From: Spirochaetia bacterium
Lineage (GTDB): Bacteria > Spirochaetota > Spirochaetia > UBA9216
Reading direction: 5' to 3'
NCBI GenBank assembly: GCA_963675665.1
Contig: OY776510.1
Location: 3,040,001 to 3,104,000 of the forward strand
DNA length: 64,000 nt
The number at the start of each line of letters is the position of its first letter. Position 1 is the first letter of the stretch. The notes below the pieces were generated by a model, which saw nothing but the letters and a program-made list of their open reading frames with translations, ran no database searches and had not been told where the DNA came from. Positions 48,666-59,005 of the stretch are shown here, piece by piece. Made by a program: the position numbers and the translations under genes.

Positions 48666-49971
48666 ATCCCTTAAGCTCTTTTATTTTATTAACAGCCTCT
48701 TCAAGAGAAATCATATCATAGTTTTCCCTGGCGTTGAGATCTTTCAGATTGATCTTGCCGGCTTGGTATTCTTCTTCGCCGCAGATTACTGCAAAAGGAA
48801 TGTTCTTGCGTTCTGCAAAATTAAACTGGTTTTTCATTTTCCTGTTTTCAAGGAAAATTTCACAGTTCAGGCCGGCTTCGCGAAGTTTGGATGCAAGGCT
48901 GAAATAGTGTCCCTTCAGATTGTCGTCCATGTTGATGACAAGCACATCGGTAAGGCTCTTTCTTGGGGAAGATACGCCGAGCTCTTCAAGGGCCGCCATA
49001 AGACGGTCGAGACCGATTGAAGATCCTACCCCCGGCATTTCGGTTTTTGAATAGATGGACGCCAGATTGTTATATCGTCCGCCCGAGCAGACTGAGCCGA
49101 TGCCCGGCAGGGCATCAAGGAAGGTTTCGTATACTATGCCGGTGTAATAATCAAGGCCGCGTGTTATTGAGGGGTTGAGCACGAACAGTTCATCAATTCC
49201 GCATTCAACCATCATTGAACGTACAACTCTTAAACGTTCGCTGCCTGCCGACGAACCGCCGGAAAGGGATTCTATACGGTCGAGAATTTCATCAAAGCCG
49301 CCTTCGGCGCTGATATATTCAAGAATCCTGCCGGCCTTTTCCGGGTCGGAGATTTCTTCCAGCATTTCGCGGACATTGTCTTCTCCGACCTTTCCCAGCT
49401 TGTCTACAATTCTCAAAACCTCCGCCGAGTTGTCGGAAATGCCGAGGTGATCGAGAAAAGTGTTGAATATGCCGCGGTGCGACAGGTGGATATGGATATC
49501 GGGCACGCCCATTGCGGCCATTGATGCGTGCATTATCGAAAGTATTTCAAAATCGGCTTCAGGGCTGTCCACGCCGACAATGTCAAAATCGCACTGGGTA
49601 AACTCGCGGTATCTTCCGCGCTGGGTGTTTTCGCCGCGCCAGACCTTTGAAATATGGTAGCGCTTGAAAGGCAGGTAGAGTTCGTTTATATGGGCTGCCA
49701 TGAACCTGGCGAAAGGAACGGTAAGATCAAAACGCATTGCAACATCGCGTCCTCCGTGGTCTTCAAAACGGTAAATCTGTTTGTCTGTTTCGCCGCTGCC
49801 TTTTCCGAGCAGAACATCAGTGTATTCGAGAACAGGCGTGTCTATCGGGACCATTCCGAACGATTTAAAGGTCTGCTCAAGAACAGACTGGATATCTTTG
49901 CGGGAGATCTCGGTTTCGGGCAGAAAATCCCTGAATCCCTTTAAAACTTTCGGTTGTACAAGCTCAGCCAT
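48664..49971 (-). CDS. hisS: Histidine--tRNA ligase
   Basis: Motifs KGFRDFLP, MRFDLTVPFAR, WRGENTQRGRYREFTQCDFD, RGLDYYTG, SGGRYNNL and GLDR. Confidence 0.97.
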   Translation of the reverse strand: MAELVQPKVLKGFRDFLPETEISRKDIQSVLEQTFKSFGMVPIDTPVLEYTDVLLGKGSGETDKQIYRFEDHGGRDVAMRFDLTVPFARFMAAHINELYLPFKRYHISKVWRGENTQRGRYREFTQCDFDIVGVDSPEADFEILSIMHASMAAMGVPDIHIHLSHRGIFNTFLDHLGISDNSAEVLRIVDKLGKVGEDNVREMLEEISDPEKAGRILEYISAEGGFDEILDRIESLSGGSSAGSERLRVVRSMMVECGIDELFVLNPSITRGLDYYTGIVYETFLDALPGIGSVCSGGRYNNLASIYSKTEMPGVGSSIGLDRLMAALEELGVSSPRKSLTDVLVINMDDNLKGHYFSLASKLREAGLNCEIFLENRKMKNQFNFAERKNIPFAVICGEEEYQAGKINLKDLNARENYDMISLEEAVNKIKELKG

Positions 49972-50133
49972 GCTAACTCCTATAAAAACTTACACCAGGG
50001 AAGGTGTTTATTACGTGCAGATTTTAATAAAAAAAAGGCAAGTATTCAACCAGCGGTAATTTGGTAAAAACATACTTGCAATTTATGGATAATCGAATTA
50101 TAAATTTAACAATAATATGACACGGAATTCAAT

Positions 50134-51246
50134 TTGCTGATAAGATACGGAACTAATGAAAAAGGAAAACGCGTAAAGATTGCAAATATCTATACCGTAG
50201 ATGAGCATGGTATAACAACCGGAAAAATCGACAGCGAGGCCCTTAAGATAATAAAAAAACTGAGGCATGCCGGCTTTAATGCTTATGTTGTAGGCGGAGC
50301 TGTCCGTGATCTGCTTTTGGATAAAAAACCCAAGGATTTTGATATTGTAACGGATGCTCATCCGCGTCAGATAAGAAAGTTATTCTGGAACGCGAAGATA
50401 ATAGGAAGAAGATTTCGGCTTGTCCATATCCATTTTGAAAATAAAATAATAGAGGTTTCGACTTTCAGGGGGCTTACGCCTGGAGATGAACAGAATACTT
50501 TCGGGACTATTGAGGATGATGTAAAACGCAGGGATTTTTCATTTAATGCATTATATTATCAACCTGTTGAAGAACAGTTAATCGACTACATAGGCGGCTT
50601 CGAGGATGTCAGGCAGGCAAGAATAAGATCCATGATACCGCTTGATGTAACTTTTAAGGAAGATCCCGTACGCCTGATTCGTACGGTTAAGTATGCTGCT
50701 ACAACCGGGTTCGTTTTACCGGGCAAAATAAAAAAAGCTTTGAAGAAATATGCACCGGAACTCGGGAGAGCGGCAGTATCCAGATTAACCGAGGAGTTGA
50801 TGAAGATTCTGTCATCAGGGAACTCAGTGCAGATTTTCAATTACTGTATTGAATATAACATGCTTAAATATATTGTTCCGGGGATCAGTGAACGGAAGAA
50901 TGAAGAGATGATGAATAGCCTGGAAAAGCTCGACAGCGAGATCTCTTTGAAAGGCAGTGTTAAACGTGAATATATGATTTATTCGCTGACACGCAGCTTT
51001 CTTGAACCTCCGACAAATTTAATGATAAAAACAAAGACAGCATTTCGTGAAGTTTTCAAGGCAATGAAAGAGGTTATTGCCCCGCTTACGCCGCCGAATA
51101 TTGAGATTGAAAAAGCGGTTGTTCTGTATTTCAGGGAACTGGGAATTACGGTAAAAATACCGAATGCACACAACCCCAGACAACGCAGAACTAACAGAAG
51201 AAGGCCCAGAAGTCCCAAAAAAAGCAGACCGACAACATCGGGTTAA
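50134..51246 (+). CDS. pcnB: Poly(A) polymerase PcnB
   Basis: Motifs VGGAVRDLL..KPKDFDI, IGRRFRLVHI (PAP signature), RRDFSFNAL and EDPVRLIR; basic C-terminal tail. Confidence 0.92.
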   Translation: MLIRYGTNEKGKRVKIANIYTVDEHGITTGKIDSEALKIIKKLRHAGFNAYVVGGAVRDLLLDKKPKDFDIVTDAHPRQIRKLFWNAKIIGRRFRLVHIHFENKIIEVSTFRGLTPGDEQNTFGTIEDDVKRRDFSFNALYYQPVEEQLIDYIGGFEDVRQARIRSMIPLDVTFKEDPVRLIRTVKYAATTGFVLPGKIKKALKKYAPELGRAAVSRLTEELMKILSSGNSVQIFNYCIEYNMLKYIVPGISERKNEEMMNSLEKLDSEISLKGSVKREYMIYSLTRSFLEPPTNLMIKTKTAFREVFKAMKEVIAPLTPPNIEIEKAVVLYFRELGITVKIPNAHNPRQRRTNRRRPRSPKKSRPTTSG

Positions 51247-51290
51247 GAAAAAAATAAACGGTTATATTAATCCGGTTGTGAAAATATGAA

Positions 51291-51329
51291 AGGGGCTGTA
51301 CGGCTATTGCCGAACTGCCCCTGTTTTTT
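51291..51329 (+). terminator. Intrinsic terminator after pcnB
   Basis: aggggc-tgta-cggc-tatt-gccg-aact-gcccct followed by gtttttt. Confidence 0.7.
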
Positions 51330-51337
51330 GAGTGTTG

Positions 51338-52609
51338 TTAAAAAGCGCTTAACGCAGCGTCTATTTCAGCCTGTGTAATTCCTAAAGTTTCCAGGTAGGA
51401 AGTTACAAATCCCGGCTGCTCCTTATCCATCTGGACCAGAAGCGAAACCGATTTTTCTCCGTAAAAATCAGGATCATCACGGAATGAGTATACAAGGTCT
51501 TCTACAGCATCTTCGAATCTGTTGTCCGCGTATGAATTAACGCCCAGAGCGTAATAGGTAATACCTTCTTCGCCGCCCATCTGGATTGCTGTTTCGTAGT
51601 AGTATTCCGCCATCATATAGTCTCTTTCTGCATAGTAGATAAGTCCGAGGTAATAATAGGGAACCGGATGATCATCTCTCATGCTGAGAGCTTTTATAAA
51701 TGTTCTTTCTGCAAGTGCCAGATCGCCTTCGGCGTATAAATCCATTCCGTCCTGAACAAGATCAGGGAATGTTTTAATTCTGTCTATATAGGTTGCAAAA
51801 TCCTTTGAGAATTCATTTTTCCCGACCCATTCAAAAGCGTTTTTAATGATCGCGACCTCATTGTTTTTTCTGTCGGAAGCCGGAGAAAGGGTTTTTATTG
51901 AATCCCAGATAATCCTGTTATATGCGTTATCGCTGCTGTTTAAAAGGAAATGTACAAGGCCCCAGGATTGTGCATAAAAAACATCTATGCTTGCGTTTGC
52001 ATTCTCGACATTCATCGTCAGCAGGGTGGGGAACGGGATGATCGAATTCTCATAACCTGCTGCGGTATTGCTGAGATATTTTTTAAGAGTAAAAAGCCAA
52101 CTGAGGTTTTCCTTGTATTCCACCTCTTTTGATTCTGCCGAGTAATAGCATTCTTCAAAATAAATTGCGAAGCCTTTCTGCATCCAGAGCGGCGGATTCG
52201 GAATAAAAGTTTTTAAAAACTGCATGAAACCGTGATGTGCAAGATATTTGTTGTACGAGGCATCTTCCGAGTAGTAACATACCAGTTCATTTTTATCGGG
52301 TTGATTATACTGCAAAAATACAAAAGAATTCTTTTTGTCGGGGATAATATCTGCAAGATAAGAGTCAAAAGATGCTTTATCCCTGAAGACCTTGACTTTC
52401 ATTTTGTAGGAAAGAGCTTCTTTATTAAAATGGAAGTAGTCGTTATAGAAATCAAAATATGCGTCAAGAATTTCCGCAGTTTCGGCAGCATGACCTACAC
52501 TCACTTCGGAATAAACCTTGTAATAATCACTTTCAATAAGGTTCATATCCTGCGAGAAGAGAAAAACCGAAAGGAAAATAAAAACTGCACAAAATATCAA
52601 TTTTTTCAT
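51338..52609 (-). CDS. Exported protein with degenerate zincin-like (DUF1570/peptidase MA-like) domain and TPRs
   Basis: Signal peptide; LAHHGFMQF, PLWMQKGFAIYFE and FYAQSWGLVHFLL; C-terminal TPRs YYYLGLIYY and YYALGV. Confidence 0.7.
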   Translation of the reverse strand: MKKLIFCAVFIFLSVFLFSQDMNLIESDYYKVYSEVSVGHAAETAEILDAYFDFYNDYFHFNKEALSYKMKVKVFRDKASFDSYLADIIPDKKNSFVFLQYNQPDKNELVCYYSEDASYNKYLAHHGFMQFLKTFIPNPPLWMQKGFAIYFEECYYSAESKEVEYKENLSWLFTLKKYLSNTAAGYENSIIPFPTLLTMNVENANASIDVFYAQSWGLVHFLLNSSDNAYNRIIWDSIKTLSPASDRKNNEVAIIKNAFEWVGKNEFSKDFATYIDRIKTFPDLVQDGMDLYAEGDLALAERTFIKALSMRDDHPVPYYYLGLIYYAERDYMMAEYYYETAIQMGGEEGITYYALGVNSYADNRFEDAVEDLVYSFRDDPDFYGEKSVSLLVQMDKEQPGFVTSYLETLGITQAEIDAALSAF

Positions 52610-52668
52610 GTTGGATCTCCTTACGTCTTAAGTAGACAGCCAAATTTTATGCAATAGTTTACGATCTG

Positions 52669-53547
52669 TCAAACCTTTTTCTTTTTTGTGAAAAAATCTT
52701 CAACATTTATGCTCACAGAATCAATCATAATGCCCGAATAACGCTCTAAATTGTCAATAAGGTATTCCCTGAAGCTGTGAACAGTGTTTGAAACCTCGAT
52801 TCCGTACGGAAGGCTTATCTTGAGCTTCAGTATATATCCTTTAATTTCTTCCCGTACCGAGATTTTTGTAATTGCAATAGAGCTGTCGTATTCATCGGCA
52901 CAGTGAAGTATCATCTGGGTAAGCGCTGATTCGGAAATGCTGACACGGCCTTTCTTGCTGAATTCGGGTCTGACTACTGTTTTTTCAAAATACTTGCCTT
53001 TCTTGGTAAAGTTAAGAAACTTCTTTTCCATAAAAACTTTTACAGAATCGTAGACCATCTGTGAATAATTCCGGTTGATTTCAACTGCGGGGACGGGAAT
53101 GACATGTTTCCCTTCAAGTTTCCGGGATCTGACTGCAGTATTAATTTCTTCGGTAGTAGCAATATCTTCTATACGGATAACCTTGCTGATTTGCGGCAGG
53201 TTCAGACGTGAAGCTATCTTGTGGGTCATTCGTTCAGAAGTTCCAATTATAAGGATTCGTTTAAATTTTTCTTCCCTTAAAGTATTAATAACCGAATCGC
53301 GATGTATTTTGTCATCGAAAAGTGCGGTTTTAATCGCACCGAGATAGGTATGTTCCTTTTTTGCAGATTTTCCGGCGATTATTTTTTTACCGCGGATAAG
53401 AAGCCCGTCATCTATTATCAGTTCAATTCCAAGTTTATCTGCAATAAGTTTCGCCCTGAAGCTTTTACCAGTTCCGCTTTTCCCAACCAGTGAAAAAACT
53501 TTAACCCCTCTGAGTACCCATTGAATATGTCTGAATAGATGGTTCAT
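52669..53547 (-). CDS. P-loop NTPase-like domain fused to an Asp23/Gls24-like domain
   Basis: Motifs LVGKSGTGKSFRA, IIDDGLLI, GKHVIPVP and EKTVVRPEFS.KG; C-terminus ERYSGIMIDSVSINVED. Confidence 0.8.
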   Translation of the reverse strand: MNHLFRHIQWVLRGVKVFSLVGKSGTGKSFRAKLIADKLGIELIIDDGLLIRGKKIIAGKSAKKEHTYLGAIKTALFDDKIHRDSVINTLREEKFKRILIIGTSERMTHKIASRLNLPQISKVIRIEDIATTEEINTAVRSRKLEGKHVIPVPAVEINRNYSQMVYDSVKVFMEKKFLNFTKKGKYFEKTVVRPEFSKKGRVSISESALTQMILHCADEYDSSIAITKISVREEIKGYILKLKISLPYGIEVSNTVHSFREYLIDNLERYSGIMIDSVSINVEDFFTKKKKV

Positions 53548-53585
53548 ATAAGTATAATAGTTATAAAGAGTTAAATATCCAAGTA

Positions 53586-54563
53586 TTATATTGAAATTAT
53601 TTTGGATTTTGCTTTCTGTAAGGCTGAGTCAATATGACTTTTCCCCCAGATTCCGGATAAAATTTTCAACTGCCCGGACGGAAGATCAGCAAAAACAGAG
53701 CGGAATCCGCAGATGTCGTCATACTCCGGAAGAACCATGGCCCAGGAGTGCAGGATATATCTTTTAAAGTCTTTTGTTCTTCTCCCGCCGTATTTTGAAT
53801 CTCCTGCAAGCGGAAAACCGGCTGCCGCGGCCTGGCTGCGAATCTGGTGAGTTAAGCCTGTTTCTATCCTGAAAAGGCATAATGTAAGGTTATCAGTACT
53901 GCATAGCGGTTCGACCTCGGTGATCCCTGTTTTTGAGTCATTATCGGTTCCGGATGAAGCCTTTCTTGTGATGTTGCCGCTGCGTTCAAGGCTGTCTACC
54001 AGCCGTATCGGTTCTGCGGGGCCGTTAATACAGACGCCGAGATAATATTTTCTGATTTTACGCTGTTGCATCAGCTTACTGAACCTTGCGGCCCCTTTAA
54101 TAGAAGCTGATATTGTAATTAATCCCGATGTGTTTCTGTCAAGCCGGTGCAGGGGAGCGGGTTTGAATGAGAGTGAATCTTCTATTCCGACAAGGTGGCA
54201 AGGCAGCAGCTCTGCAAGCGAATTGCTGCCGTGAGTAAGCATGCCGGAAGGTTTGTTTATAAAAACCAGGTTGTCGGTTCGCAGGACAGTAATAGAATCG
54301 AGATCTGCCTTACTGCCGGAGTTTTCCGGAACAGGTTTTTCTGTAGAAGACGAATGCTGAATTGTTTCCTTTACAGCAATAACGTCATCTTCCTGAATTC
54401 TGTATGACTGACAGCTCTTTTTGCCGTTAACCCTGATGGTTCCCTTTCGAATCGAAGAATAAATCAGTCCGGCAGGAATATCGGGCAGCATTTTTTTTAC
54501 TACCCTGTCGAGTCTTCGTTCCTGATCATTTGAGCGGCAATAAAAAAGTTTATATCCTTTCAC
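53586..54563 (-). CDS. RluA/RluC-family RNA pseudouridine synthase with S4 domain
   Basis: RRLDRV S4 domain; INKPSG, HRLDRNTSG, TGLTHQIR and GDSKYG. Confidence 0.93.
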   Translation of the reverse strand: MKGYKLFYCRSNDQERRLDRVVKKMLPDIPAGLIYSSIRKGTIRVNGKKSCQSYRIQEDDVIAVKETIQHSSSTEKPVPENSGSKADLDSITVLRTDNLVFINKPSGMLTHGSNSLAELLPCHLVGIEDSLSFKPAPLHRLDRNTSGLITISASIKGAARFSKLMQQRKIRKYYLGVCINGPAEPIRLVDSLERSGNITRKASSGTDNDSKTGITEVEPLCSTDNLTLCLFRIETGLTHQIRSQAAAAGFPLAGDSKYGGRRTKDFKRYILHSWAMVLPEYDDICGFRSVFADLPSGQLKILSGIWGKSHIDSALQKAKSKIISI

Positions 54564-54602
54564 CGATTGTCATACTAACACGCCTCGTTTATAATATCCA
54601 CA

Positions 54603-56111
54603 ATGCTTAGACGTTGTATTTATAATTTCCCATTGATGTGTGTCTTTGTACTTCTCTGTGCGGTAACATTTTTCCTGGCTGCAGGCAAGAATGAGATAAA
54701 ACTGTGGGATGATTATTTTATAATTGCAGTGCCGGAAGGTCAGGCTGAGTCAGCGGCGGCAAGAATATGCAGCACTGAAAAACTGCGCGCCGAAGCTGTA
54801 ACCGAATATAATACTGAATTCATTTTCAACGATTTCGGCAGGGATGAGACAGTAAAGCTGACTGATCTTGAAGAGAGATTTGTAGAAGGCGATCCGCGGG
54901 TTGATCCTTTTATGGAGAACGCGGCAAGTTTTTTCCATACAGTAACACAAGACGGAGCGGGCAGGGAGCTGATTTACGTAAAAAGCGGTCTCAAAGGTTT
55001 TTCGTTTTATTACAGGATAAAAAAAATATTCGGTGAAGAAACAGACAGCTGGGTATTTCCTGATTTCAGACTGGAGAACAGGCTGTATCCGTTGTTGCTG
55101 TTTGCTGTTTGCTGCTTTTTTGTGATATTGCTTTTAAAAGGGTTGAGAATACCGGCAATTGCAGCAAGTCTGCCATGGATTGCAGCAATTGCGGCAAACG
55201 GTGCCGGGATTCTGCCTGCTGCTGTCGCTGTTTATATTTTTACTGCCTTTCTTGTGCGTGAGACATTCAGCGATATGCTTTATTACCTGAATTACAGGCA
55301 GATAAGAGTCGGCCGGAATTTTCTTGTGTATGCTTCGGCTTTTATAGTTTCCATATTTATTTATACAATACTGAATTATTTATCCGAAAAACCAGTTCTT
55401 CCTGTTTTTACTGCTGTAGCAGCTGATGCGGTCTTTTTTTTAATTTTCTACAGTATCAAAAGCCAGAAAGTGACAATGCAGGAACACCGGTTGTTTTTTC
55501 CGGTCAGCATATCCAACGAAACTGAAAATGAATATAACGTGCGAAAACTTCCTGAAACAGCAGCCGCAGCCGCAGCCGTGATAATTCTACCCATGTTTAT
55601 GCTTTTTTTTAACGACAGCGTTTCTTTGGAAATCCCAAAACCGGAAAAATCAGAAAATGTACTGGAGTGGAACTGGGAAAATCTTGAATACCTGAATAAA
55701 ACCGGGGAAGGGCTAATCAATGCTTCAGATTATATTACACACAGGGCTTTTCAGGACGGTTTTATGTACGACAGGGATTATATTTTCCCGTTGCGCGGAG
55801 AAAGCCTGATGCAGGGGAGTTTTGTTTCCGAAAACAATGAAATTCTATATAGAGAGTATTGTATCCGACAGTTTACAGATGAATGGTATACAAGTATAAT
55901 CAGCCAGGGGTCGAAAACAGGTTTGACGGCACTTCTGCTGAGCCAGAAGTCGCCGGGCGGAATATCTATAACTTCAGATATCTCTGACACAGCAGGCGGT
56001 TTTAATCCCGTAAGGCATATAATAGCAGGCTTGCTCGCGTTTATACCGCTGACAGGTCAATTACTGATAAAAGTACGAATTACAGTAAGGAGAAAGGGTC
56101 AAGAAGCATGA
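54603..56111 (+). CDS. Hypothetical multi-pass membrane protein, first gene of the rnf operon
   Basis: 502 aa with an N-terminal anchor, a central TM bundle and a C-terminal TM. ATGA overlap with rnfC. Confidence 0.75.
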   Translation: MLRRCIYNFPLMCVFVLLCAVTFFLAAGKNEIKLWDDYFIIAVPEGQAESAAARICSTEKLRAEAVTEYNTEFIFNDFGRDETVKLTDLEERFVEGDPRVDPFMENAASFFHTVTQDGAGRELIYVKSGLKGFSFYYRIKKIFGEETDSWVFPDFRLENRLYPLLLFAVCCFFVILLLKGLRIPAIAASLPWIAAIAANGAGILPAAVAVYIFTAFLVRETFSDMLYYLNYRQIRVGRNFLVYASAFIVSIFIYTILNYLSEKPVLPVFTAVAADAVFFLIFYSIKSQKVTMQEHRLFFPVSISNETENEYNVRKLPETAAAAAAVIILPMFMLFFNDSVSLEIPKPEKSENVLEWNWENLEYLNKTGEGLINASDYITHRAFQDGFMYDRDYIFPLRGESLMQGSFVSENNEILYREYCIRQFTDEWYTSIISQGSKTGLTALLLSQKSPGGISITSDISDTAGGFNPVRHIIAGLLAFIPLTGQLLIKVRITVRRKGQEA

Positions 56112-57433
56112 AAGGAGAAAAGACTTTTCCCAGGGGTGGAATCCATCCTCACGGGAAAAAACATTTGACGAACGGTAAAGCAGTCGTCAAAGCAGAAATT
56201 CCCGATACTCTTATTATTCCAATGGGACAGCATCTCGGGGCTCCCGCAGAAGCTGTTGTAGCTGCGGGCGACGAAGTGACTGAAGGAATGCTGATAGGCA
56301 AGCCGGCAGGGTTTATCTCCGCCGGAATTCACAGCCCGGTAGACGGAACAGTAAAAGAATTGAGAGATGTTTTTCTTGCAAACGGTATGAAATCCATAGC
56401 CGTTGTGATTGAGAAAAAAGAGGGTTTCAAGCCGGCTGAAAGGAACAGAAACGACGGCTGGAAAGACAAAACTCCGCAGGAGCTGAACGAAATTGTCAAA
56501 GACTCCGGTATTGTCGGATTGGGAGGCGCAACATTTCCTGCAAATGTAAAATACGCAGTACCAAAAGGCGAGAAGGCCGAATATCTGATTATAAATGCTG
56601 TTGAATGTGAACCTTATCTTTCAGCTGATCACAGGCTTATGCTGGAGAAGACTTCGGAAATTATTGAGGGGCTGAGGATTTTAAAGAAGATTGTTGATCC
56701 TGAAAAGATCGCAATCGGGATAGAAATAAACAAACCGGATGCAATTGAAATTATACGAAAGCAGGCTGCAGAGGAGAACTTCGAACTTGAGGTAGTTCCC
56801 CTGAAACTGAAATATCCGCAGGGAGACGAAAAACAGCTTATAAAGGCTGTTACCGGTCGGGAAGTTCCTTCCGGAGCACTTCCTATAGCAGTAGGATGCG
56901 TTGTTTCAAATGTCGGAACGGTAAATGCTGTTTACGAAGCTGTTGTTCTTGAAAAACCGCTGTATGAAAGAATTGTATCGGTAACAGGTCTGGGTGTTAA
57001 AAATCCCGGGAATTACCTTGTAAGGGTAGGAACTCCGATATCACTTCTGCTTGAAGCATGCGGCGGAACTGTTAAAAGACCTGCCAAAATTGTTGTAGGC
57101 GGACCGATGATGGGTTTTTCCATCTATGATACCGATACCCCGGTTACCAAGGGCACTTCAGGTATACTGGTACTGACTGAAAAGGAAGCAGGTGCTGCCG
57201 CAAGAACGGCCTGTCTGTCATGCGGAAAATGTGTAAGCGCCTGCCCGATGGGACTTAACCCAACCAGAATGTTTAAATTTATCGATCATTCTGATTATGA
57301 TACTGCCATGGAGATCGGCCTTATGGACTGTAAGGAATGCGGATGCTGTGCATTTACATGTCCGGCGCATATTCCGCTGGTTCAGGGGATGAGGCTTGGA
57401 AAGAAAATGGCAAGGAAAAAGAAGGTAAGCTGA
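56108..57433 (+). CDS. rnfC: Rnf complex subunit C
   Basis: Motifs GGIHP, QHLGAPA, GIVGLGGATFP, ECEPYL, YPQGDEKQLI, GGPMMG and two 4Fe-4S motifs. Confidence 0.96.
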   Translation: MKGEKTFPRGGIHPHGKKHLTNGKAVVKAEIPDTLIIPMGQHLGAPAEAVVAAGDEVTEGMLIGKPAGFISAGIHSPVDGTVKELRDVFLANGMKSIAVVIEKKEGFKPAERNRNDGWKDKTPQELNEIVKDSGIVGLGGATFPANVKYAVPKGEKAEYLIINAVECEPYLSADHRLMLEKTSEIIEGLRILKKIVDPEKIAIGIEINKPDAIEIIRKQAAEENFELEVVPLKLKYPQGDEKQLIKAVTGREVPSGALPIAVGCVVSNVGTVNAVYEAVVLEKPLYERIVSVTGLGVKNPGNYLVRVGTPISLLLEACGGTVKRPAKIVVGGPMMGFSIYDTDTPVTKGTSGILVLTEKEAGAAARTACLSCGKCVSACPMGLNPTRMFKFIDHSDYDTAMEIGLMDCKECGCCAFTCPAHIPLVQGMRLGKKMARKKKVS

Positions 57434-58464
57434 TGTCGGAAGAAGTGAAATTAACAATTGGCAGTTCTCCGCAGATACACTCACCCGCATCAACCGCAAG
57501 AATTATGTGGCTGGTTGTGCTGAGCCTTGTACCTGCAGGAGTCTGGGGAGTCTATGCGTTCGGACTGCGGTCATTAGCTGTTCTTGCAGCCTCCATTATA
57601 GCGGCCGTAGTTGCCGAATATTTTATGTGCCGGATTTTCAAAAAGGGCAATATTGCCGACGGCAGCGCATTTCTTACGGGGCTGCTGGTAGGCTACAATA
57701 TGCCGGCCGAAGTTCCGATTTACATTGCGGTAATAGCATCTCTGTTTGCTATTATTGTTGTTAAATGGACTTTCGGCGGATTGGGAACAAACTGGATGAA
57801 TCCTGCGCTTGCAGGACGTGTGTTCGTGTTCTTTTCATGGACCGGTGGTATGAGCCGCTGGTCAATGCCGCATATGGTTGCCGATACGGTCAGCGGTGCA
57901 AGTCCGCTCGGTTTTCTGAAAACCAATATGATGACCTTCAGCGGCAGCGCTGCCGGACCAATGGATTTTCTGGCCGGACAGGGCTATCCGGTAGACAGTT
58001 ATCTGGATTTGTTTATCGGAAGAATTCCCGGCTGTATCGGAGAGGTTTCAACCTTGCTGCTTCTTATCGGAGGATTGTTTCTTATAATCGTAAAAATAGT
58101 TGACTGGGAAATACCTGTTTTTTATATCGGAAGTTTTGCGCTGCTGTCGTGGATTTTCGGAGGACTGGGATTCGGGAACGGTTTTTTCAGCGGAGATGTT
58201 CTGTTTCATCTGTTTACCGGCGGCCTGATGCTTGGAGCGTTGTTTATGGCAACAGACATGGTTACCTCTCCGATAACGCGAAAGGGAATGATTATTTACG
58301 CAATCGGATGCGGTTTCCTGACTTTTCTGATTCGTTTTTACGGCTCATTTCCGGAAGGCGTATCTCTGGCAATTATTCTTATGAACATTTTTGTACCGTT
58401 AATCAACAGGGCGACACAGCCCGTCAAGTTCGGTGCTTTGCCAAAGGAAAAGAAAAATGACTGA
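57433..58464 (+). CDS. rnfD: Rnf complex subunit D
   Basis: TGATG coupling; FGGLGTNWMNPALAGR, DTVSGASPL, GCIGEVS and FMATDMVTSP. Confidence 0.95.
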   Translation: MSEEVKLTIGSSPQIHSPASTARIMWLVVLSLVPAGVWGVYAFGLRSLAVLAASIIAAVVAEYFMCRIFKKGNIADGSAFLTGLLVGYNMPAEVPIYIAVIASLFAIIVVKWTFGGLGTNWMNPALAGRVFVFFSWTGGMSRWSMPHMVADTVSGASPLGFLKTNMMTFSGSAAGPMDFLAGQGYPVDSYLDLFIGRIPGCIGEVSTLLLLIGGLFLIIVKIVDWEIPVFYIGSFALLSWIFGGLGFGNGFFSGDVLFHLFTGGLMLGALFMATDMVTSPITRKGMIIYAIGCGFLTFLIRFYGSFPEGVSLAIILMNIFVPLINRATQPVKFGALPKEKKND

Positions 58465-59005
58465 TATGTTGAAGATAGGCGGAAAACTTGCACTGATATG
58501 TGCTGTAGCAGCCCTGTGCCTGGGAGCTGTAAATATGATTACTGAACCGCAGATAGCATTATTCAGGGAGCAGAAGCTTCAGGCAGCTCTTGAACAGGTT
58601 TCGCCGGGGGGAACCATCGGTGAAGAAACTGCTGCTGATAACTCTGTTGTAGGCAGTTATTACAAGGTTGAAGAAGGCGGTGCATGCACCGGATACATTC
58701 TGAACCTGAAAGGATCAGGGTACGGCGGCGATTTGAATCTACTGGCCAGTTATACGCCTGACGGCGCTCTTTTCGGTTCGGTACTGATGGATAATGATGA
58801 AACTCCGGGACTGGGAAAAGAGGCGGAGAAAGAATGGTATATGAAAAAATATATCGGTTTTACCGGAAACAATATTCCTACCTCGAAAACACAGCTGAAA
58901 CAGGAAGACGCGGATGCAATCTCGGGAGCAACAATAACCTTTGCCGGTGTTGGAACAGCGCTGATTGCAGGTTCTGAATTTGCGTTGAAGATGGGGGGTA
59001 AATGA
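58457..59005 (+). CDS. rnfG: Rnf complex subunit G
   Basis: N-terminal TM; GYGG, ETPGLG and the DAISGATIT FMN motif. Confidence 0.93.
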   Translation: MTDMLKIGGKLALICAVAALCLGAVNMITEPQIALFREQKLQAALEQVSPGGTIGEETAADNSVVGSYYKVEEGGACTGYILNLKGSGYGGDLNLLASYTPDGALFGSVLMDNDETPGLGKEAEKEWYMKKYIGFTGNNIPTSKTQLKQEDADAISGATITFAGVGTALIAGSEFALKMGGK

